A stretch of DNA of 64,000 nucleotides from the human T2T-CHM13v2.0 reference genome, Homo sapiens. The DNA lies in the NCBI RefSeq assembly GCF_009914755.1, contig NC_060930.1; one strand, given 5' to 3'. The position numbers were made by a program, and so were the translations under genes. Positions 19,972-33,900 of the stretch are shown in pieces. The notes under the pieces are model-generated. The model worked only from the letters and a program-made list of their open reading frames with translations, did not search any database and was not told where the DNA came from. How positions within the stretch are numbered: position 1 is the first letter of the stretch; each line of letters begins with the position of its first letter.

Positions 19972-22900
19972 GTAAGAAAAGACAAACTCGCCTTTTTCTC
20001 TCAGCATGAGCTCGAAGTATTCTCTCTGTGCTCCTTTCAGCCAGGGCTGTCTGTGTCCTGTCAGAATATTTTGAAACTAAATGGAAACTGAAACATGATG
20101 CAGCATTGAGACTATCTCAGGAAAAGCTTTTGAAAGGCTGGGTGGCTCAATAAAGTTGCTGACTGGATTATCTCTTTTCCGGTTCTGAAAAGAAAATATC
20201 CACTGGATTGTCCACATATAAATACTTAAGTACTTTAAAACAGTCTCTCTGGGTCTGTAAATAAATAATGCCTAACACTAAATCATAAATTGAGTGTTAA
20301 TGGCAGAGCTGTAATTAGAAATTACTGCCTTCTATCAATTATTTACATTCAAGTTGTTTTCTCAAACACACACATGTATTATTCATCTATTAAAATGTAG
20401 CTGAATGAAATGAGTTATTACTTTTCAAAGTTGCATGTAATATAATTAGTGTGGAGATTCTCTTGAATGATTTCTGGCAACTGCTATCTCTGTGTATAAA
20501 TATTGTCAAGATTGAGAAGAATTTTCCTTGTATGGTAGGAATCAGCAGTTTTTAAATAGCCTTCTGTGAAAAAGTGACTGTACTCTCTAGGGAGATTATG
20601 TTTTATACTCTTTGTGCTGTACAGCTAAAGGGGTTCTTAATTACTTCAGAAGCTCAAGATTTGGGCATTGTTTTATTTAACAGAAGGAAATCATATCTTT
20701 ACCTAATTGATGCAGGGAAGTAGCCTGTCATTCCTCCAGGCACATGAACACAAATCCAGATGTACAGCCTTAGGAAGGACTAACTTCCCATTTATAGGTA
20801 GTAAGAATTGCATTCCCAAAAGCAAAACAAGTGGTAAGAGTTGATAAGCAGATCCACAAATTGTCAGGAATGCTATCTGTTTCAGAATAAAGGCACAGAA
20901 ATAGCATTATTTTACTTTTTCGACAAGGATTTGCCTTGGTAACAACAAATCAAGGCAAAATCTGTTTTTAAAATCATACACTCCAAAGCTGGTTGGCAGT
21001 AAAGTCATACTCTTCATAAATTGATAAGTCAAAAAATACTCCAAAACAAAATCTTTTCTTTAATGCATAAAGCACATCTTAGATAAAACATATCAGGCTC
21101 CCAAATGTCTTGTGTCTTTTATTGAAGAAGGGTATAACTTACAACTCTTATGACAGAATGATTGATTTATGGTGTATGTCCTCAGTCACCAGGCTCCATT
21201 CAGTCAGTGGCAGGCCCAAACACTTATCATTGTGTGAGCTTCTCCTCTCTAAACACAGGTACAAGGAAATCTTGCACATCATGTCATAGCTTAGGCTGAG
21301 CACACTGACCTGCTGATTCTTCATCAGAATGAGAAGGACCTGGGGCTGATTCCTGTGGGAAGATGCATAAGGAATGTGGGCAAGAGAACTTGTATCAATA
21401 GCAGGTGCTGACTACAGAGGTTCAGATAGGCAGGAGGCAGCATATAGTCCAGACCAACAATAGGTGTACATGTGCCTGGAGGCGGAAAAGAACATTCATC
21501 CATGGGTGGGGCAGATAAAAAATCTAGCTGGATGACTCTCTATTCTTAAGGAAGATAGAATGGAGTAGTGGAAAGAGCTCAGTCTTGGAATTGTCTGGCG
21601 TTGGGTTTGTATGCTGATGCTACCAATCACCAGCTATGTGACCTAGAACTAGTGGTTCGACCTCTTTGAGTCCCAGTTTTCTCATAGTTAGTGGTAATAT
21701 CACTTACTTTGGAGAGTTGTCGGAAGATTTAGAGATGATAGATACAAATGGGCATAAAGCTTCTGGTACACAGTATTTGTTCCAAGTCAATGAGGAAAAC
21801 TGCCATGGTTTGGGGGAGGACATATGCAAAATAAGACACTTTTGAGGGCTGGTATGGAAGCATCCACCAAGCTCTAGTTTGACTCTGGGTACTGTGAATT
21901 GAGGGAAAGCATCGGTCAATGCAAACGTCATGTGAAAGGGGGAAGGGGACCTGAAGCTGATGGAATAGTTTATAATTCAGCTGGAACTGGCTCAGGTACT
22001 GAGATGAGATGGCGTACAGAAGCCTCAGCTGTGGAAAAAGAGGAAGACAGACGATGAAGGAAGGAGGAACATATAAGGTAGCCAACCACAATCCATTCAG
22101 GGACTTTCACTTGATGGTAGTTGTGCCTCACTCATTAATTATAAGTACAGAAAGATATTATGAGTTCAGTAACACATTTACATAAGTGTATATATATTTG
22201 AAGAATAGCAGCATATAATATTAGCTAAAACTTAATGAATACATGTGTCCAGTATCATTTCATTAGGTCCATCAAATTACCCTTCAAGGTGAGTAACCCT
22301 CGTTTCACAAGTGAAGAAACTGAGATAAAAAGAATACGCATAGTAAGGGGAAAGTTTAGATTTAAACCTGAGTAGTGCCAGTCCAGAGTTGGCATTGGTG
22401 CAGAGGTTGAGACCCTTCACAAACACTCTATATCTGAGTCAAAGGTTGGGAACCACTGATTTAAAGCTTATTTGTGGTTTTGTTATGGTCTGAATGGGTT
22501 CATTTGTAGATTATTATTTCTATTTTCAAATAGGCTCATCTGCTAAAGAATATTAAGGATCATTTAAACTAAATGTCAAGAGACACTTTGAAAAAGATGT
22601 TAGTTTTCCAAACATAAAATTAATTTCAATTGTGAAAACAGAGTTAGAGCCAAAAAAGTTAGAAGATAATTTAAGCTATTTAAACTTCTGCTTTTAAGAT
22701 CCAGGGGAGAAAAGCTGAACCATTTCATATTCAGGAAAGAGTTTGTTTTTTCTAATTACCAAAAATCAAGACAAATCATTTTCAAGGTTTTAATGGTCCT
22801 AATTTTTTCTCAGCCTTTAAATTCTTATAGCTTCAGCTTCCTGATTGTATCGTCTGTCTCCCTTTTCCATGGACAGTAAGTAATGACAGAAAAAAATTAG

Positions 22901-23334
22901 TCTCTAGCCATGTATATACATTTATCAATGCCTAAAAATGCCTGGCTGAAGAGCTGGTCATTTACTCAAATGACCACATTTACTTATGCACAGAATATTT
23001 TCCTATCAGAGCTAATACTATTTGAGCTTGATTTCTGTAAGTCTTATGTAATCTATACTTTGTACTCTTTTCTATCTGCCTGCCTTCTGGTTATTTCTTT
23101 GCACCAGCAATGTTGGGGAGGAGAATAGAGATTAGGTAAACCCTAACTTTATTTTGAGTTTACCTAATAAATTCAAAAAGTGAGTTTAAAGTGTTTAAAA
23201 ATTAAGATGAATGATTTCAAATGAGGTATGTCAAAGACTGTGGTAATAATTTAGCTATACACTTCTCAATAATACCCCAGCTCCCTAAATGGCTTTGCTT
23301 TCACGTGTGTACTCAATATTTCTTTCTTCTTAAG

Positions 23335-23724
23335 ATTCTAGGATGGTGCCTGATTTGTTCAGCGTCTTTCTTCTCTCTGCTCACCACATGTTATGCTCGC
23401 TGCCGATCTAAAGTTAGCTACCTTCAGCTGAGTTTTTGGAAGACATATGCACAAAAGGAGAAGGAGCAGTTGGAAAATACATTTCTGGACTATGCCAACA
23501 AGCTGAGCGAGAGGAACCTGAAATGTTTTTTTGAAAACAAGAGGCCAGATCCTTTTCCCATGCCTACGTTTGCTGCCTGGGAGGCTGCTTCAGAGCTGCA
23601 TTCTTTCCACCAAAGCCAGCAACACTATAGCACCCTCCACAGAGTGGTGGACAATGGTCTGCAACTTAGCCCTGAGGATGATGAGACGACAATGGTCCTT
23701 GTGGGTACTGCCCACAATATGTAG
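23335..23724 (+). CDS. CALHM5: CALHM5 coding exon 2, ILGWCLIC...GTAHNM*
   Basis: tttctttcttcttaag acceptor, phase 0. TM4 (ILGW) and cytoplasmic helix SYLQLSFWKTY. Total 309 aa. Confidence 0.96.
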   Translation: MLGWCLICSASFFSLLTTCYARCRSKVSYLQLSFWKTYAQKEKEQLENTFLDYANKLSERNLKCFFENKRPDPFPMPTFAAWEAASELHSFHQSQQHYSTLHRVVDNGLQLSPEDDETTMVLVGTAHNM

Positions 23725-24390
23725 CTCATCCACCATCAATGACTCATGGTGTTGAGTGGCATGCTCATTCTGTGATCCTCCTAACGTATCACCAGCAACC
23801 TGTGTGTCTCTGTATTTTCTTACATTTGGAGTATGTTTACAAGACAATAACACAAAGGAAACTGCTTTGAAGCTCTCAAGTGGAACATCAGGATGTGCTC
23901 AAATTGATGCTGAGGGGTGACAAAGGTGCTCTTGCATTGGTGGAGAGGGGCTCAGTAGGCCTAAATGTTGCTCCAAGATCTAAGATTTTATCATTCAACA
24001 GACAGACTCATGTGAGAGGGCTCATCAGTCTCTGTAAATATTGGTTGCAGAATTTAGGGGCAGAAGCAATGGCTTGTGAGTGAGCAAGTTACTCTTAACA
24101 TAGGTTGCCCTACACAGTGGCTCCTGCAGTGTGATCAGCAGGAGTCTCTGTCCTACAAATCTACACTTTTAAGGATGTATGAAATTGTGGAATTCATTCC
24201 CTCAGGATCTGAAGATCTCAGTTCTCAAAAATCACAAGTTGCAAGAATATGATACCTAAAATTGAAAGTTTTTCACATGTTTTCACTGTATACTGAAAAT
24301 ACTCCCCTGGAAGCAGGGCTGCATCATAATTTTTGTGGGCTTTATGTACTTTTGCCTTTGCGAACCATTTCCTACATTCAAAATAGTAGT

Positions 24391-24395
<5 letters not shown>

Positions 24396-24456
<61 letters not shown>
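24396..24456. repeat. (TA)n(CA)n microsatellite in the presumed CALHM5 3'UTR
   Basis: About 25 TA units followed by a short CA run. Confidence 0.95.
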
Positions 24457-24622
24457 GAAATATATATTTATAACTGCATTGATAAAAGGTGAATATATTA
24501 GCATTTTCTTCAACCTAAAAGTTTATGTATTTTCTTCTGATTTTAAAAGAAATTAAAAACATTTTAGTGGGCCCTTACAAGTATTATGGTCCTTAGGCAC
24601 AGTGCTTACTAGGCCGTGGGTA

Positions 24623-24984
24623 TGTCTTAGTGCGTTTGGGCTACTATAACAAAATATCATAGATAGGTGGCTTATACAAAATAGAAATTTATTTCTCACA
24701 GTTCTGGAGGCTGGGAAGTCCGAGGTCAGGCTGCCAGCATGCTCAGGTTCTGGTGAGAGCAATTTTCCAGGTTGCAAACTGCTTGCTGACTTCTCAGTGT
24801 CCTTCCATGGTGGAAAGTGCAAATAAGCTCCCTTGAGCATTTTTATAAGGCACTAATCCCATTCCTGGAGGCTCCACCTTCATGACCCAATTACTTCTCA
24901 AGGCTCTGCTTCTTAGTACTATCAGCTTGGGGGTTAAGATTTCAACATATGAAATTGGGGGAGACACAAACATTCAGACTATAG
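24623..24984 (-). mobile_element. MLT1A/MST-type MaLR LTR downstream of the CALHM5 stop
   Basis: tgtcttagt...tttatttctcacagttctggaggctgggaagtcc...cattcagactatag. Confidence 0.8.
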
Positions 24985-25344
24985 TAGGGTAAATTGACCT
25001 TGGCTAAAGGTCTGGGGACACTGTCCAAAGCAGTACTGGCATAAAACTGCATTGCAGTCTTACATTTATCAGAAATAATGCAAATCTTGCATTCTACAAT
25101 GTACTATATCCATGTTAGTATGTACATATATATGTGTATGTATATATGTACATAAATTCTCCTTAAATCTCTGAGAAGAATTGTGCTTTAAAAAAGAACT
25201 ATGTTTTGTGCTGTGGCTCATACCTTACAGTGGTAGTCTATGTCTCTTAGTTTGAGAAAGCTGAATATTAACTTCTTATTAACATGAAACATGATGGCAA
25301 ACTGAATCCTACAAGTATAGGACCCAGAACATATCTATGTTATT

Positions 25345-26162
25345 GTCATTTACAAGAAGAAATATGTATTTGGTCTTTCTTCCTATTCCTGGTGCAGAGC
25401 TCCTAAAACCTTTGGGACCTCCCAAGTGATGTGTCTGGTAGTACGCGAATGAGATGACTGATAGTTAGGGGCTTCTGAATGGCCTCAGAATAGGGTCTGG
25501 TTGCCACGGGAACCAACCATGTGTTTAGAGGGTTGGAACTTTCAGCCCCACTCCCAGACCTTGGGGAAGGAAGAGGGGCTGAAGGTTGAGTCGATCACAA
25601 ATGGATAATGATTTAATCAATCATGCCTAAGAATAAAGCTTCCCATAAAAATCTAAAGGACAAGGTTCAGAGAGCTTCTGCATTGCTCAATACATGAGGA
25701 GTGGTGAGCCCAAAGGGGCCGTGGAAGCTCCGTGCCCCTTCCCCCAAACCTGTTCCTGTGCCTCCATCTGGCTGTTTCTGAGTTATATTATTTTATAATA
25801 GACTGATGATAGTAAATAAAGCCCTTTCCTGAGTTCTGTGAGCTACTCTAGCAAATGGTGAAATCTGAGAAGGAAATCATGGGAACCTCTGCTTTGTAGC
25901 CACGTCAGATAGAAGATGTGAGTAACTTTGGAACCTACTGCTTGTGACTGGTGTCTGAAGTTGGGGGAGATCTTATGGGACTGAGCTCTTAACCTGCTGG
26001 GGATCTGCACTTAATGCCGATTAATGCCAGAATTGAATTGTATGATATCCAGTTGGTATTGGAGAATTGGCCAGTGTGGGAGAAAACCCACACAGTTGGT
26101 GGCAAGGAGTGTTCAGTGTTGAGTGTGAATGTCAATAAAAAAAGGTTTGTTTTTTCTACGTA
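25345..26162 (+). mobile_element. MER21-like LTR
   Basis: gagctcctaaaacc...accaaccatgtgtttagagggttggaactttcagcccca...cctgagttctgtgagc. Confidence 0.75.
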
Positions 26163-26885
26163 CAATATCTTTGGGAACTTGGAGGTGCAGGGTCAGACGT
26201 CTGTGTGTGTATGTGGCAGGGACAGAACAGGGATTAGGGATGTGAGGGGGTAGAGTTTTCAGAATAAAGGGAGAGAAAATTCAGCAAAGAGTTCTCCTTC
26301 TTAATCTTTCTTGACTTAAAGTTTGTCTGCCCTTAAGTGTCTTCTGAGCTGGAAAAAGACATATAGGAACTGGCCGATGCCGATGCCTCTTTTGCAGTGT
26401 GTGAGAGGCTGAAACAGAAGTTCTACAGAAGTAGGTTAGCTGTAAGGAGCTGAGGATTGAGGAGTCATATCTGGGGGATATTCCTGCCACCCTCAAGTCC
26501 AGGGACTTTCTGCACTCAAAAAACTTACGCTCATGACAATGACTGCCTCATTCAAGAAAACCCAAGCTGACTGGCAAGAAGCCAGCAGCCTGGGTACTTG
26601 TTGCTGCAGCTTAGTAAGTAGCAGAAGAGCTCATCCTCCTCCTCTGGAAGAAGCCACTTAACAGGTTCTCATCCTGACTCCTAAATTCCTTAACAGTCCT
26701 TTACTCAGGAATAAAACAAGTCCAAGAAAACTTATCTGTCCCACAAATAGTCCTGGAGGCAGTGGAGTAAGATAGGGAGAGCAAATTGGTGTCTGCTCTT
26801 GAGTATCTTGAGGGAATGGGTATCTAGAGGCAGCAGGATGAACTGGCTTTGATAGCAGAGACTTTAAAATGTGTGGACCATTAGT

Positions 26886-27294
26886 TGTCTTTGGATGTGC
26901 TCCCTAGAGGCTGCGCCTGACACAGGGAGCTGTGTATACATGATTTATTAAAAGGAAATCCTCTTAGGAGAAACATATTAGCAGGATAAACACAAGAAAG
27001 AATGCAGTTACAAGTGGAGTCTCAATCAATCCCAGAGGAAATTCTGGGACTTCAGCCTCAGCTTGACCTATGGGGGGGCTCTGGAATGTCAGATTTCTCC
27101 TGATCCCAACTGTGCTCTGGGGCTTCCATTGCAGCCAAGAGAGAGCATTCCCCAGAAAACTCCAGGTGAGGAGTCTCCAGTGGCCCAAGGGTGATCCTCC
27201 AGAGGAGGTTACACTGCCGAACTGGGACATTGGCACCCTGGATTTGAATATCTAGAGAGGGCACCCAATGGTCATACTAATGTTTGCCATAACA
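26886..27294 (-). mobile_element. Ancient ERVL-type LTR (LTR16/33/40-like)
   Basis: Minus strand begins TGT and ends ...aataaatcatgtatacacagctccctgtgtcaggc...ctctagggagcacatccaaagaca, resembling ERVL LTR 3' ends. Confidence 0.5.
27058..27251 (-). CDS. TRAPPC3L: Putative alternative terminal TRAPPC3L exon C (DIQIQGANV...PPHRSS*), LTR-derived
   Basis: ccctctctag acceptor, phase 1 matching exon B. Open to TGA. Minus-strand AATAAA at 26944-26949. Confidence 0.5.
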
Positions 27295-28266
27295 GTCTCT
27301 TCTAGGTCTAGACTTGAAGCATATGGAAGGGTCCTTGGGCTAGAGCCAACCCAAGCCCAGGCTGACTCCCTTTTAATACTTCTAATTTTCCCTGAAGATC
27401 TGGTCTTCTCCCTACCACCACTACCCTATTACATAAGAGAAAAGGATTGGAGAATGCTCTTGAAAAGAATGTGATGCTTTCCCATACAAGGAATATACTC
27501 AAGGAAAAATTTCATGGCACAAAATGCTGATTCTGTCCAATTTATCCCATGAATAAATTGTGTACACATATATATATGATTCTTTTGTTTTTCCTGTGCA
27601 GTTCCTTCCTTTTTTCAGGCTCAACCACTTAATTCAGCTTTAGGATACATTCAGCTTATTCATATCAAATATAAAGTGGGAGAAAAAAAGGTATGTAACA
27701 AAGATTACAAAAATAAGGCATGGCAGACAAATCACTACATAATTCTATGCATTATACCTTAAAGTAATGTATTGTAAAATATATGTGTCCAAAGCAACTT
27801 TTAAAATTTTTGTATGGTTTTCTACTTGAGACCTTTAAAGCATCACTAAAAATGTATACATTTAATGAGAAAACGATGACATTATTGATTCAAATTAGTT
27901 GTTTCAAAGCCTGATGATCCACTGATTTACTCTAAAAACTGGTTAAAGCAATCCAGAAGTCACTGGGTAGCAGAAAACTGCTACCGCTTCTCACATGATA
28001 TATTTCAAGTACTTCAACTATTAACTATATTATTCTATTTAGACTTTGGTGGTTCCGAATTCTCTAAGGTAATTATCTTAATTTTCTAATATTTCCCTCT
28101 CATTTTTCTCTCTTATTTTAAATATCCCCTGTTGTACAAGCCAGAGGATATTAATTTCCTTTGTGGGTAGTGCTTGGACTTCTCTGATTTTAGATCCCAA
28201 AATCATTAAGAAAAAGCTAAGAGGTTGGCATGAGAGGTTGGATGGAAAGCATCTATCTGTGTTTGT

Positions 28267-28445
28267 CAGTAGCTCTCGATGTTGGCTGCAAATTGGAATC
28301 ACCTGGGGGCCTTTGACAATCACAATGTCTGGACCCATTTCCTGAGAACCTGATGTAACTTTTCTGGGTTAGGGCCTGAACATTGAGATTTCTTTTAAAA
28401 GCTTTCTAAGTGATTATAATGTGCAGTCATGGTGAAGAACTACTG
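28267..28445. mobile_element. MER5-family hAT-Charlie element
   Basis: ttggctgcaaattggaatcacctgggg...gtgattataatgtgcag...agaactactg. Confidence 0.7.
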
Positions 28446-28748
28446 ATTTTATATGGGGAGTCAGTGAAGGTGGTGAGGGGCTGTGAGGTTGAAATATTGG
28501 AAATGTTATCTGGATTTCAAACAGTAGAGTATGATAAAAATTTAAAAACTGGCTCTCCAGGAAAAAAGAGACATCCTAATATGATGTATTTGCCAATATA
28601 CCATGGGTTTTCTTGGGCTGGGATGAACTTTCAGAAGTTTTACAGTGAGCATTTTTTTTTTTATGAATTTAAATTGGTTCTAGCTAAGCAATTTTGGAGT
28701 ATCTTTGATGTACCTGGGTCTCTCATTTTAATAAACATAACAGTGGTA

Positions 28749-29494
28749 TGTTAGTCAGGGTTCTCCAGAGAAACAGAACCAACAGTACAACAGTATATAT
28801 ACATACATACATATATATGTGTGTGCATGTGTGTGTGTGTATGCGTGTATATATATATATGCTACATATATGAAAGGGGATTTCTTGTGGGAATATATAT
28901 TATATATAACAAAACATGACAAATATATAACAAAATATATGTGCTATATATATTGTGTGTGTATATATATATGAAAGAGGATTTATTGTGGAAATTGGCT
29001 CATGTGATTATGAAGGCTGAGAAGGCCCATGACGTGCCACCTGTAAGCTGGAGAATCAGGGAAATGTGTAGGGTGGCTCAAGTCCCAGTCTGAGGGCCTG
29101 AGAACCAGGGGAGTTGATGGTACAAATCCCAGAGCCAAAGGCAAAGGAACCTGAAGTTTTTATTTCCAAGGGCCAATAGATAAGGAGAATATTGGTGACC
29201 CAACTCCAGGAGACAGAGAAAAGATTGGTGACCCAACTCGAGTGGAGAGAGAGGGAGAGAGAGAGAGACAGAGAGCAAATTTGCCCATCCTCTCCCTTTT
29301 TGTCCTACCCAGGCCCTCAATGGATTGTATGGTGCCTGCCCAGGTTAGGTGAGGGCAGATTTTCCTTACTCAGTCCACTGATTCAAATGCCAATCTTTTT
29401 TGGAAACACCCCTACATACATACCCAGAAATAATGCTTTAATAACTATCTGGCTACCCCTTAATCCAATCAAGTTGACATCTAAAATTAACCAG
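28749..29494 (-). mobile_element. MLT2 (ERVL) LTR with internal TA/TG microsatellites
   Basis: ttagtcagggttctccagagaaacagaaccaa...aatccaatcaagttgacatctaaaattaacca. Confidence 0.85.
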
Positions 29495-30499
29495 CACATG
29501 TGATAAATTAAATATGGTTCAATGGCTCCTTCTGGCAGATGTAGTCGTGTTATCCTCACTTTGAATCTGACCTTATGAACCAATAAAATATGGCAGACAT
29601 GAGGTAGATTGTTAAGCAGTATCACAGTTTATGCCTTGGTCTCTTACAATGTTGCAATGCTCAACAGTCTGGTAAAAGCCACTATGTAAGAACTGCAATT
29701 ACTCAGGGACTACCAAGCTCTGAAGAGGCCCAAGCTAGCCAGTGGGAGGAGAGAGAGAGAGATAAAAAGAGAGAGAGAGAGAGATCCCAATGGCTCCAAT
29801 TGTCTCAGATATTCTAGCTTAGGGGTCAGGCATGTGAATGAAGGAGCCATTTTAAACATTCAGGCCCCAGTGTACACGACATGGAGAAGAACCAGGAAGT
29901 CCAACCAACAGTGAGAATAAAAGGCCCCAGATCTATGGCCCTAATCAAATCATTGCAGCCATCTCCAAACATTTGACCCACTCCAGTGGAGGCTGCAGGC
30001 TTTGTAGAGAAGTCCTTGCCATGTCCTATCCAACTCCATGACCCCAAAAATCATGAGCTTAAATAAATGTTTGTGGCTTTAAGCCACTGAATTTTGGGGC
30101 AATATGAAGCGACAGAACCTGAACACTAACATGAAAATCAGAATTTATAAAAAGACAAAAATTACAGGCAAATTGTATTTATACATTTATACATTCTCCC
30201 TATGCATAGAGAGCATTTTCTTCAATCATGTTTTCTTTTTCTTTAGGTTCCAGTTAGCAGTATAGCATCTACAGCATGATTTGATAGATGCTGATAAGTA
30301 GGTCTCTAAAATCTCTCCACCAAAGCTGGAGATTCACTTTCAATTATTTTTGGTTAATTTTTGTTTGAAAGGAATACAAACATATTATTGGGAGGAGTAA
30401 CACATTAAACTATTATTTGTCATTAATATCTACGAAAAAATAGCAAGTGAGGGTTTCAGACTAGGCTGGCCTTCAGTAAGCTGGAAAGAGATTGTTCTT

Positions 30500-30940
30500 C
30501 TAGTCGTCTCTCAAAATGTTATCTTCAGACTGTCAACATCAGTATCACGATGAAGCTTGTTAGAAATGCAGAATCAGACAGTATCTAAAACCTGTTGAGT
30601 CAAGCCTGCAGTTTAACGTGATCCTAGCTGATTCCAGTTCAAGCTAAATTTGATAACACTAAGGCAGTGGTTCTCAAACTTTAGTCCATATAAAAATCAT
30701 CTGGAGGGCTTATTAAAATGTGGATTGCTGAACTCCACCCCCAGGGTGTCTGATTCAGTAGGTCTGGGGTGAGGCAAGATAATCTGCATTTCTAACAGGT
30801 TCTCAGGTGATACTGATGCTGCTGGTCTAGGGACTACATCTTGAAAATAACTGCTCTACAGCACAGAGCAGGCTATTCTGGGGAAGGCAGGCTGTAAGAA
30901 ACTCAGAATCCTGGCCTGCACTCCAGATCTACTGAATCGG
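30500..30940. mobile_element. Cluster of MER5-family elements (complete MER5A-like copy at ~30665-30856)
   Basis: cagtggttctcaaacttt...tctgattcagtaggtctggggtg...tctgcatttctaacaggttctcaggtgatactgatgctgctggt. Confidence 0.75.
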
Positions 30941-33900
30941 TCATCAGCCCGTCCAAGATTTTGGGGTGCCTTTCCATTCATTCAAGGATACCTTTCTATT
31001 CATTCAAGGATATATTTTGTCCTTTAGGAATATTTTAAAGTTTACTTCACATAAGTTTTACATGTTTCTTGTAAACTCTATTTGTAGGTGTTTTCTTTGT
31101 TCCTGTTGTAAATGGTTTCTTTTTTCCACTATATCTTTCTAAGTGATTGTTGTCTGAGTACGTGAAAAGCTATTGTCTTATGCTTATTAATTTTATCTCT
31201 CTACTAATTCTTTTATTGTTTGTAGGGCTTTTCAGAATTTGAAAGTAAACATTTTGCAACCTTTGATGACAAAATGGATCTAGACAATAAATAATGAATT
31301 CTAAACTATTAGGTGAAAGCAGAATGGGGTCAGACCTATGCAATTTGAAGCCACTCATCTATATTAGCATCACTAAAAATCAAAGCAGATGCTACGTGCC
31401 TTATGATGCAAGGCAAGAATAAGTACATAGTATCACATGTGAAATATTGTTTCCTAAGAAGCTAAACCTAATCAAGTATTTAGACATTACTGCTAGTTTA
31501 TAGGAAACATAAGCAACAAAAAACAAGGCAATTAGCACCACAAAAAAACAACCAGGTACATCTAGATCTAACAGAACATTCCATTTTACAGATGACTCAG
31601 TCTCCCCACAGATTAACAGTATTAAGAAAGGAGAATAAAGGAGATATAAGTGACTTAATAACCAGATATGCTATATAGACCTTATTTGTATCCTGTTTCC
31701 AACAACCAACTGTAACAAGATATCTTTGAGATATTTAGGAAAATATGAATGAATATTAGATGATTTTTAGAGAATTATTAATTTTGCTATGTGTGGTAAT
31801 GGTGTGCCGATTTATGTTTTTTAAAAAGTTCTTCAGTTAGAGATGTATATTTAAATATTTATGTGTGAACTGCCATGATGTCTAGAAGTTTCTTTAAAAT
31901 ACTCTAGAAAAAAGAGTTTAGGGAGAAAGCTGAAAGATGAAATAAGATTGGCAAAATATGGAAACTATTGAAGCTGGATGGTAGGTACACGGAATTCATT
32001 ACATTATTCTCTTTACATTTGTATATGTTTGAAAAATTTCATAAGGTACACAACAAAATAAATGACATGGTCACCTCAGTTATTTTGCTGAAGTTTTGTC
32101 AATCACCCCCTGCTTAGCTGGAGTTTACCTTCTAGTATCATTCTCAGCAAAGGCTCACAGGAATGCTATTCTCTGAATTCTTACATATTCAGCCTGTTGG
32201 CCTGTTCTCGAATTGAAGGACAGCTTGTCTGGTTCATACTTTCTCTACATGAGTGTATTGTAAGCATTACTTCATTGTCTTTTGTCATTGAATATTGCTG
32301 AGGTGGCCACAGCCTGATTTCTGATGCCATCTCTATTTCTTTCTTTATTACTAACAAGATGTTTTATCCTATATTCTCATTGGTTTCTTTATCTTTCATG
32401 TCCAAAAATGTTAAATAGGCCTTCAGGTAGGTCTTTTTGGAACGATTTTTCCTGCTACAAGTTTACTCTTTCATTGTGGAGAATCATTTTCTTATATTTC
32501 AATAAAAAAGTTGGAAAATTTTCAACTTATTTTCCTTTCTGTGCTATATCATTTTCAAGAAACTATATTGTTTTGAATTTAAAACTAAACCACTCCTATA
32601 TTCCTATTGGAATTTCATTAATTTAATTTAAAAAACTAAGTTAACTTGAAGTCTTGGCTCTTGTTTCATCTAAGTTTCACAAGCATACTGGGAGGCAGGT
32701 ATTACCTTTTCTATGTTTATAAATAATGCTAGAGTCCAAAAAGGCTAAGGTGGTTATGCCACTGTTAAGTTATTGAACATCAATTTGGACCTACATGTGT
32801 CTAATCCTAATTTCCATCACACAAATTCTGCCTCATTTTAGTATATTCTTGAGTGTTCATATAACTTTTCAAAGTATGTTCCCTCATTTGTAAAATGAGG
32901 ATGTTGAATTAGTACATCTCAAAGTCTCAACTCTGTTGTCCTAAATCTTACAGCCAGTGGTGTGTGAATTCCCAGCCAGTTGTATTCTTAATATCCTCTT
33001 GGGAATAGAGGTCTATCTCCAAGTTTCCTGGCCTCTGTCTGGGCCCCTGGATTCTTTCCCATCCTGAACAGCTTTTCACCTTGGGTTTCTAAATATTTAG
33101 GATAGTTATGCTCAAACTATGCTCCTACTGTATCAATGAAGTAAACTTTCCATTTTATTTTTTTAAAAATTTCCTTAGATAAAAATGACAATTGATATAG
33201 AAGGAATTTTTAGCAGTGGAAAGTTTATAAAAGATTTCAAATAGTCCCCAAACTTTAATTTTTATATATTTTAGAGTCCACCTTTCTGTCTGGCCAGCTA
33301 TCTTTTTATAATTTTGGGTTTCCTGTACCTACAGCCACAACAATGCCAGAGAGAAATCTTCACAAGTTTTAAATTGCAATGAAAACTTGAGATTAAAATG
33401 GGAAAATGAATTAATTACTTCACCTAATCACATTCACTGGGCCATTTCAAGAAATAGGATTAAGTCAGCAAAGTAAGAACTCATGATATTAAGTAACTTT
33501 GCTTAAGAACAGTACCTTAAGATATATGCATTATTCGGCAGTTTATAACCTATAAAATGGTGACTAGTTGCATTGTAAAAACATTCTGTGCCTATATTTT
33601 ATCATAAAGAGATGTGCTTCTGCAATCATAATAATTGCTGATGGTTTCAACAGAACACAATTATTTCTCCCAGGGGTTTTGTTGGTATTTGTGTCACGGA
33701 GGAAACATGAGGGATAGTAATCAGTGTTTTTAAAAGGGTTACTTCCTTAAACAGTTGGCTAACTATGAGTGGGTTTCACCCTATGCATGAAGTCAAGCAA
33801 TTAAAGAAATATATGCTTACAAACTGATCCATTTCCACCTTATTTTGAGAAATGTCCTCAAAAACACAGCCTCCTTCCCTACCTCTTTCCCTATAGACAA

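Noticed and set aside
19972-20091. ORF-track extensions of CALHM5/CALHM4 (19972-20091, 23221-23334, 62066-62077)
   Set aside because: Read-through into introns beyond clear canonical splice sites.
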